Source: Thermoproteota archaeon (GTDB taxonomy: Archaea; Korarchaeota; Korarchaeia; Korarchaeales; Korarchaeaceae). From it: a stretch of DNA of 64,000 bases. Within the stretch, counting starts at the first letter, position 1, and the number at the start of each line of letters is the position of its first letter. A program made the position numbers and the translations under genes. The stretch covers positions 103,369 to 167,368 of the forward strand of contig JAOZFN010000006.1 of the NCBI GenBank assembly GCA_027492205.1, given 5' to 3'. Below are positions 58,692 through 64,000 of this stretch, one piece after another. The notes under the pieces are model-generated. The model saw nothing but the letters and a program-made list of their open reading frames with translations. It ran no database searches and was not told the DNA's origin.

Positions 58692-59915
58692 TCACCTCAC
58701 CCTCCTGACCACGAGCTTGAACCCCTCGACCCCGACCACCTCGACGGCCTCCCCCTCCTCGATCCCCTCACCCGACTCCGATATGGCGGTCCAGAGCTCG
58801 GAGCCCACCAGGACGACGCCCTCTCCTCGGGACTCTATGGCCCTCTTGACGACGCCCCTCCTCCCGACCAGCTCGCTCAGGTCGCCCCAGACCCTCTTGA
58901 GCCTGAGGGTCTCCCTGATCTTGTACAGGTAGAACCCCACTATCCCAGAGGCGACCACCGCGCCAGCCACGGCGGTCCCGACGCCGGCGCCGGCCGAGAG
59001 TAGGGGGCTCGACCTGTACACCATCATGAGGCCGATGGCCGTCATCGCGGCACCCGTGAGGGCCAGGACTCCGTGCCCGGTCTTCAGCTCCAGGAACATG
59101 GTGACCACGCCAGCCAGCATCAGGGCAGCGGCGGCCAGGCCGACGCCCATCAGGCCCATCCCTGCCAGCCCGAGGACCAGCATGCCCGTCCCAACGCCCT
59201 CCATGACGAAGGTCGGGTGGGATAGGCCCGCAAGCAGCAGGAGCCCGCCGAGGATCACCAGGGCCCACGCGTGGAGGGGCTCGGTTATCAGGATCACGAT
59301 GGACGTCCTCGGGCTGGGCCTGACCTCCTCGGCCGGCGCGGGCCAGCCGATCTCCACCAGGAACTCGTCGAGGCTGTCTGCCACGTGCTCGATCACCCCG
59401 AGCTGGAGGGCCTCCTCGGCCGAGAGGGCCAGGTTCTCCGTGACGAAGGCCTCAGCAGCCGTGGCGTTCCTGCCCGCGCTCTTCGCGAGGCTCCTGAGCC
59501 AGCTCGCCACCGCGTTGGCCACCTTCTCGTCGTAGGGCCTCGGCTCCGCGGCGCCCACGGCGGACCCCGGCCCCATTCCGGCGTGGTCGGCGGCCATGAG
59601 GATGATGCTGCCGGCGGAGAAGGCCCTCCCGCCCGGCGGCACGTAGACCGCCACCGGGACCTCCGACTCCCTGATCGCGAGCACTATGTCCTGGGTGGCC
59701 TCCAGGAACCCGCCGTTCGTGTTGAGCGAGATCACCACGCCGGTCGCGTCGACGGACTCGGCGTAGTCCAGGGCCTCTCGGATGTAGTCGGCCACGCCCT
59801 GGGTTATGGTCCCGTCCACCGTCACTCGGACAACCACCCCACGGGCGGGTTCGAGGGCGGCGACGGCCGCGGGGGTCAGGAGTAGAAGGAGCGCGAGAGC
59901 CAGGCTCTTGGTCAT
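58692..59915 (-). CDS. NfeD membrane-bound serine protease (long form)
   Basis: Signal peptide, A.SAG, GAA.P...K, GRN, TM region, C-terminal OB fold G.V...E.W.A; adjacent to stomatin. Confidence 0.9.
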   Translation of the reverse strand: MTKSLALALLLLLTPAAVAALEPARGVVVRVTVDGTITQGVADYIREALDYAESVDATGVVISLNTNGGFLEATQDIVLAIRESEVPVAVYVPPGGRAFSAGSIILMAADHAGMGPGSAVGAAEPRPYDEKVANAVASWLRSLAKSAGRNATAAEAFVTENLALSAEEALQLGVIEHVADSLDEFLVEIGWPAPAEEVRPSPRTSIVILITEPLHAWALVILGGLLLLAGLSHPTFVMEGVGTGMLVLGLAGMGLMGVGLAAAALMLAGVVTMFLELKTGHGVLALTGAAMTAIGLMMVYRSSPLLSAGAGVGTAVAGAVVASGIVGFYLYKIRETLRLKRVWGDLSELVGRRGVVKRAIESRGEGVVLVGSELWTAISESGEGIEEGEAVEVVGVEGFKLVVRRVR

Positions 59916-59961
59916 GGGGCAGCAGAAGGACCCCGCCAGGGGTAATAAACCTGACCCAGGG

Positions 59962-60537
59962 TCAGCCCCCTCCGGCCCGGAGGGGTATGGAGGCGAGCGT
60001 CTCGTATATCGGACCCTTGGGCGTTAGGGTGCTCTTCTTGAGCCTCATCTCCCTCACCTCGATCTCGCCGAAGTCCGTCGAGAGCAGGGACGACAGAACC
60101 CTCCTGAGGGACTCCCTGTCCCTCAGCCACTTGACCCTCGCGATGGTCAGGTGCGGGTGCGGCTCCCTGTCCTCTTTCGGGAACCCGAGGCGCCTCAGCC
60201 TGGAGTCCACCCACCTCATGAGCCTGACCAGCTCCTCCCTCCCCTCCTCGACGCCGACCCATATCACCCTGGGGCGCGACATGTTCGGAAAGGCCCCCAC
60301 GCCGAAGAGCCTGGCCCTGAAGGGCGCGACATCGGGCCCCTCCAGGGCCCTCGCGATCTCGGGCACCAGGGCCTCGTCCACGCTGCCCAGGAACTTCAGG
60401 GTGATGTGCAGGTTCTCCAGCTCCACGGACTTCACCCCGTTGTCGGTCGCCTCTATCCCCCTCTGGACCTCCCCGATCTTCGCGGCTATCTGGGGGTCCA
60501 CGAGGTCGACCGCCACGAAGGTCCTGATCCTCCCCAT
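59962..60537 (-). CDS. thpR: RNA 2',3'-cyclic phosphodiesterase (2H family)
   Basis: RTFVA, HITLKFLG, PRVIW.G, HLTIAR, S.LTP.GPIY. Confidence 0.93.
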   Translation of the reverse strand: MGRIRTFVAVDLVDPQIAAKIGEVQRGIEATDNGVKSVELENLHITLKFLGSVDEALVPEIARALEGPDVAPFRARLFGVGAFPNMSRPRVIWVGVEEGREELVRLMRWVDSRLRRLGFPKEDREPHPHLTIARVKWLRDRESLRRVLSSLLSTDFGEIEVREMRLKKSTLTPKGPIYETLASIPLRAGGG

Positions 60538-60648
60538 GGCGGACCCCGGCCGCGAGGGGGCGAGCCGATATAAGGAGGGGGTGAGGAGTCGCCGTGCGCG
60601 AGTCAGTTATATACTTCTTGAGTCCCCCAACGCTCCAGGAGGTAGCCC

Positions 60649-61605
60649 GTGAATACGAGACGCGGATCCGGGGGCGCGGAGATAACTAGGCTGGAGCTGG
60701 AGGAGTTCTTACTCGGCGTGCTCTCCGACCAGGGCCCCTGGATCCTCGACCCCCACGAGCCGTCGACCTTCAGGTTCCAGAGAGAGCTGGAGCCGGGCGG
60801 GCTCATCGTCGGCCTCCTGCTGGCGGTCGGCAGGGGCGGAGCGGAGGGGGGCTCTGGCGGGAGGGTCGCCCCCTTGGTCTTCTACAGGGACAAGGACGGC
60901 TGGTACGCCTCCGTGGGTTTCGAGGCGCTCCACGGCTGGGCCGGCTACTACCTAGCCAGGAGGGTGACCGACTCGCCCGAGCTCATGCTCTTCCCTAGCG
61001 AGGTCCTCCGGGACCTGTCGGAGAGGGCCAGGTGGCTCCCCTCCACCGGCGCCAAGATCGAGGACCCGAGCGGCCTCACCCCCCGGCTGTCCGGGTTCGA
61101 CGAGGCCGACTCGAGGTGGGTCCGGTCTGTCCTGAGGAGGTTGATCGAGCTCGGCGTGGTCAGGGACGAGGGCGTGAGGGTGGAGGCCAGCCTGTCCTTG
61201 GTGCTGGGCAGGTGGTCCGCGGAGGAGTTCAGGCGGGACTACGGGCTCTCGGCCGAGTTCACCGATCGCGTCGAGACGGCGGCCCGGAGGGGGGCCGGCC
61301 GCGCCGCGGCGTCCGGCATCTCGGAGTTCGTCCTCGTCGGCATGTTAGATTTCGAGGCAGACCGAGGCGGGGACAGGGTGGGCGTGCTGGCCGAGGTCTC
61401 TCTGAGGGGGGTTGGCTTCGAGCTGAAGGGCGAGCTGCCCGGCCAGCCGAGGATGGTCGAGAGGAGGGTCACGCTGGGCACCTCCAAGCTCGATCTGCTG
61501 CCTTCCAGCGGAGAGGAGCTCGATGAGTGGCTGGGCGAGCTGAGGAAGGCCATCAGGCGCATCTTGGTCACCTCCCTAGAGAGCGACATAGCCCCGACCG
61601 CCTGA
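60649..61605 (+). CDS. Hypothetical protein
   Basis: 318 aa ORF with GGAGG SD and typical codon usage; no family recognised. Confidence 0.65.
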   Translation: MNTRRGSGGAEITRLELEEFLLGVLSDQGPWILDPHEPSTFRFQRELEPGGLIVGLLLAVGRGGAEGGSGGRVAPLVFYRDKDGWYASVGFEALHGWAGYYLARRVTDSPELMLFPSEVLRDLSERARWLPSTGAKIEDPSGLTPRLSGFDEADSRWVRSVLRRLIELGVVRDEGVRVEASLSLVLGRWSAEEFRRDYGLSAEFTDRVETAARRGAGRAAASGISEFVLVGMLDFEADRGGDRVGVLAEVSLRGVGFELKGELPGQPRMVERRVTLGTSKLDLLPSSGEELDEWLGELRKAIRRILVTSLESDIAPTA

Positions 61606-61853
61606 ATTCGGCCGAGGGGGCGGCCAAATCTCGACCCGTCTCGACCGGAGTGCTCCTCAACGTGCCCATCTCGGGGGGAGGGGATAGGGGGGTCCCCCCT
61701 ATGTCGATACGGTCTCGTTGGAAATCCATTTTGGCAAGAAAAGACAGTATTTGACCGCTCCGTTCCGGATTTGGCCGAGCCAGGCGCTGTAACATCAAGT
61801 TTTTATTGCCCTACTTTGGCGCTTCAACGTGCGGACGACGGAGGTGATGCCCC

Positions 61854-62240
61854 ATGCCTGAGGCCTTTGAGTTCCACGTGATTGGCGAGCTCAGGGGAGT
61901 CGACGAGAGCCTGCTCACCGACGAGGCCTTCGTGAGGGACGCGCTGGTCAGGTCGGTGGTGGAGGCTGGCCTGACGCTCTTCGACGTCTACGTCCACCGC
62001 AGGGGCGAGGGGGTCATCGGCGTCGCGGTGATAGGCGAGAGCCACGTGGCGGTCCACACCTGGCCTGAGCACCGCGTCGTGACGGTCGAGGTCTCGTCTT
62101 GCAAGGACCCCGAGAGCACTTGGGAGGTCTTCGCCCTTCTCAGGGAGACGTTCGGAGCCGAGTCCTACAGCGCGGTGGACCTGAGAAGCGGGATAGCCCT
62201 CATGGAGAGCCTTAAGGGGGCGGCCGGGGCCACGGCCTGA
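61854..62240 (+). CDS. speD: SAM decarboxylase-family pyruvoyl proenzyme (intact site)
   Basis: GESHVAVHTWPE and SSC; could instead be a SpeD-type arginine decarboxylase. Confidence 0.8.
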   Translation: MPEAFEFHVIGELRGVDESLLTDEAFVRDALVRSVVEAGLTLFDVYVHRRGEGVIGVAVIGESHVAVHTWPEHRVVTVEVSSCKDPESTWEVFALLRETFGAESYSAVDLRSGIALMESLKGAAGATA

Positions 62241-62327
62241 TCTGCGGGCACTCCGGCCCCAACCCAACCCGACTCGAGTGACCCCAGCCTCCGCTGAGGC
62301 TGTTTCATCGGTGCCCCGCACCTCTCA

Positions 62328-63155
62328 TCAGCCCTTTGGGGAGAACCTGATTATCCCCAAGCCGTTCTGCCTGTGGGCACCCACGCCCACCAGCTCCCCC
62401 AGCCTCAGGAGCCTGCTGGCCCAGGTGGACATCTCCTCGTGCTCCTTCGGGGACCAGTTGGGGTGCATTATGCACTTGTAGTGGGCCCAGCCGACGAACC
62501 CAACCACGTTCTCCCCGCTTACCTCTATCGGCCTCGATGTGCAGAGCTCGTGGCCGGTCTCCACGACGCTCAGCCTAGCCCAGGACACCATGTCCCTGAC
62601 CCTCGGCCCGTCCTCCCTGAGCCTGTTCCAGCTGCTCGCTAGGCTGTGGATCAGCATGGAGGGGAGCGGGAAGAGCCTGCAGTACGGCGTCGACTGCCTG
62701 CGGAACAGCGTGGGGGTGAGGAAGTTCACCCTGAAGGCCTTGACCGGCTCGTCGACGCATATCTCCTCCCATCCGAGCCTCTCGGCCTCCACGGAGCTGA
62801 CCTCGAACTCCATGCCGGATAGCCTAACCCTCGGGCTCCTGGCCGCCCAGCTCCTGATCAGCGTGGAGGCCGCGTCGCTGAACGTCACCACCCTGGCCCT
62901 GTAGGTGGCTCCCCGCGATACGCCCACCGCCCGCTCGCTGCACTCAACCAGCGGCCGCAAGCCCGTGTACAGGGGAGACGCTATGATCTGACCCCTCGGC
63001 CCGGCCATCCTTATGGCCCTCGCCGTCAGCGGGTCGGCGGACGACATGACCCTCAGGACGGCCCTCCTCAGCGGCTCCCCGGTGGCGGTCAGCTCTCCGT
63101 CCTCGTGGGCCGTGAGCTCCAGAAGGATCGTCCATATCGGCGGGGGTTGCCCCAA
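62328..63155 (-). CDS. cas6: Cas6 family RAMP endoribonuclease, orphan
   Basis: F.TPT.F, P.P....SL...WN, GFVG...Y, C-terminal GVGAHRQNGLG Gly loop. Confidence 0.85.
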   Translation of the reverse strand: MGQPPPIWTILLELTAHEDGELTATGEPLRRAVLRVMSSADPLTARAIRMAGPRGQIIASPLYTGLRPLVECSERAVGVSRGATYRARVVTFSDAASTLIRSWAARSPRVRLSGMEFEVSSVEAERLGWEEICVDEPVKAFRVNFLTPTLFRRQSTPYCRLFPLPSMLIHSLASSWNRLREDGPRVRDMVSWARLSVVETGHELCTSRPIEVSGENVVGFVGWAHYKCIMHPNWSPKEHEEMSTWASRLLRLGELVGVGAHRQNGLGIIRFSPKG

Positions 63156-63222
63156 ATTAGTTCACCCTCCGGAGGAGGCGGTGGGCAGCCCTTTCCATTA
63201 ATCTTTTATCACCCGCCCCGCG

Positions 63223-63825
63223 TTGAGGAGCGTGCGGCGTCGCGTCCCCGGGGCCTACCGGTGCGTCATGCTGGTCGGCCTGCCGGGCTGCGGAAAGAGC
63301 GCGGTGGCCTCAATTTTGCGGGACGAGCTTGGATATGAGGTCATCGACATGAGCGACCTCGTAAAGGAGGAGGCGAGGAGGAGGGGCAGGGGGGTCGACA
63401 GGGAGAGCCTCAGGAAGACGGGCGAGGAGCTGAGGAGAGAGATGGGGAGGTCGGCCGTCGCCAAGCTCGCCCTGAGGAGGATAAGGGAGTTAGAGGCGAA
63501 GGCGGCGAGGCCGGGATACGTCGTCTCCGGGATCAGGAACCAGGAGGAGGTGGACGAGATCAAGGCCGCCTTCGGCTCCGAGGCCGTCTGCGTGGCCATA
63601 CACACGCCGAAGAGGCTACGGTACCTGAGGATGATCAGGAGGGGGAGGAGGGGGTTCGACGCCCCCACCCTGGAGGAGATGGAGAGGCAGGACAGGAGGG
63701 AGGTGGAGTTCTTCCGGATGGGCGAGCCCTTCATACTGGCCGACGAGCTGATAGTGAACTCGGGCTCCCTCGAGGAGCTGAGGTCGAGGGCCCTGGCAGT
63801 GGTCCTCAAGATACCGGGGGGCTGA
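63223..63825 (+). CDS. UPF0200 / dephospho-CoA kinase-like P-loop kinase
   Basis: GLPGCGKS, M.D.V..E, GIR...EV, R..R...RGR, D.RE, AD..I.N. Confidence 0.85.
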   Translation: MRSVRRRVPGAYRCVMLVGLPGCGKSAVASILRDELGYEVIDMSDLVKEEARRRGRGVDRESLRKTGEELRREMGRSAVAKLALRRIRELEAKAARPGYVVSGIRNQEEVDEIKAAFGSEAVCVAIHTPKRLRYLRMIRRGRRGFDAPTLEEMERQDRREVEFFRMGEPFILADELIVNSGSLEELRSRALAVVLKIPGG

Positions 63826-63847
63826 CCCCGCCCGCCCTCCCCTCCCC

Positions 63848-64000
63848 TCAGCTCACCGACCTCCACCTCAGGCCCAGCCGGTCGGCCTCCTCCCTCGCCC
63901 TAACGATCTCCTCCCTGGTGGGGCGGCGGGCTATCTCGGGGAACCCGTGCGCCCGGTACTCCGGCCTGTACTGATCCATCACGTTCACCAGCGCCCCCGG
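63848..64000 (-). CDS. PflX-like radical SAM protein, C-terminal end (partial)
   Basis: Manual translation: ALVNVMDQYRPEYRA..FPEIARRPT.EE...A...A.RLGL. Confidence 0.75.
   Translation of the reverse strand, partial: PGALVNVMDQYRPEYRAHGFPEIARRPTREEIVRAREEADRLGLRWRSVS

Noticed and set aside
57798-59915. nfeD-stomatin pair
   Set aside because: A well-known conserved operon, not novel

Overview
GC-rich archaeal chromosome segment. Ribosomal proteins S25e and L10e, Rpo11, TFS, Csl4, aEF-2, an HMf-type histone, AglB, Tes and BpsA point to a (hyper)thermophile of the TACK group; Korarchaeota-like is my inference, not established here. Most of the window is densely packed housekeeping DNA (translation and RNA modification, archaeal lipid synthesis, central metabolism, proteases) plus tRNA-Arg(UCG) and tRNA-Asn(GUU). 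One AT-richer accessory island (~47.9-51.4 kb) stands out. A ~1.7 kb cassette there is bounded by long imperfect inverted repeats, each opening with a TATA-like box and able to fold into the same structure. It encloses a small ORF, a DUF3800 (RNase H-like) gene and a convergently transcribed, probably pseudoknotted ncRNA candidate. Other notable items are a catalytically dead SAM decarboxylase paralog coupled to bpsA (with an intact paralog elsewhere), a degenerate UppP-DedA fusion, an ArcE-like ligase/creatininase/pyruvate kinase operon, an orphan Cas6, a lone CRISPR-repeat-like sequence, and a near-perfect 80-nt DNA repeat between the D1 and D2 domains of cdc48. All family calls come from motif recognition by eye; no searches were run, and many start codons are best guesses.
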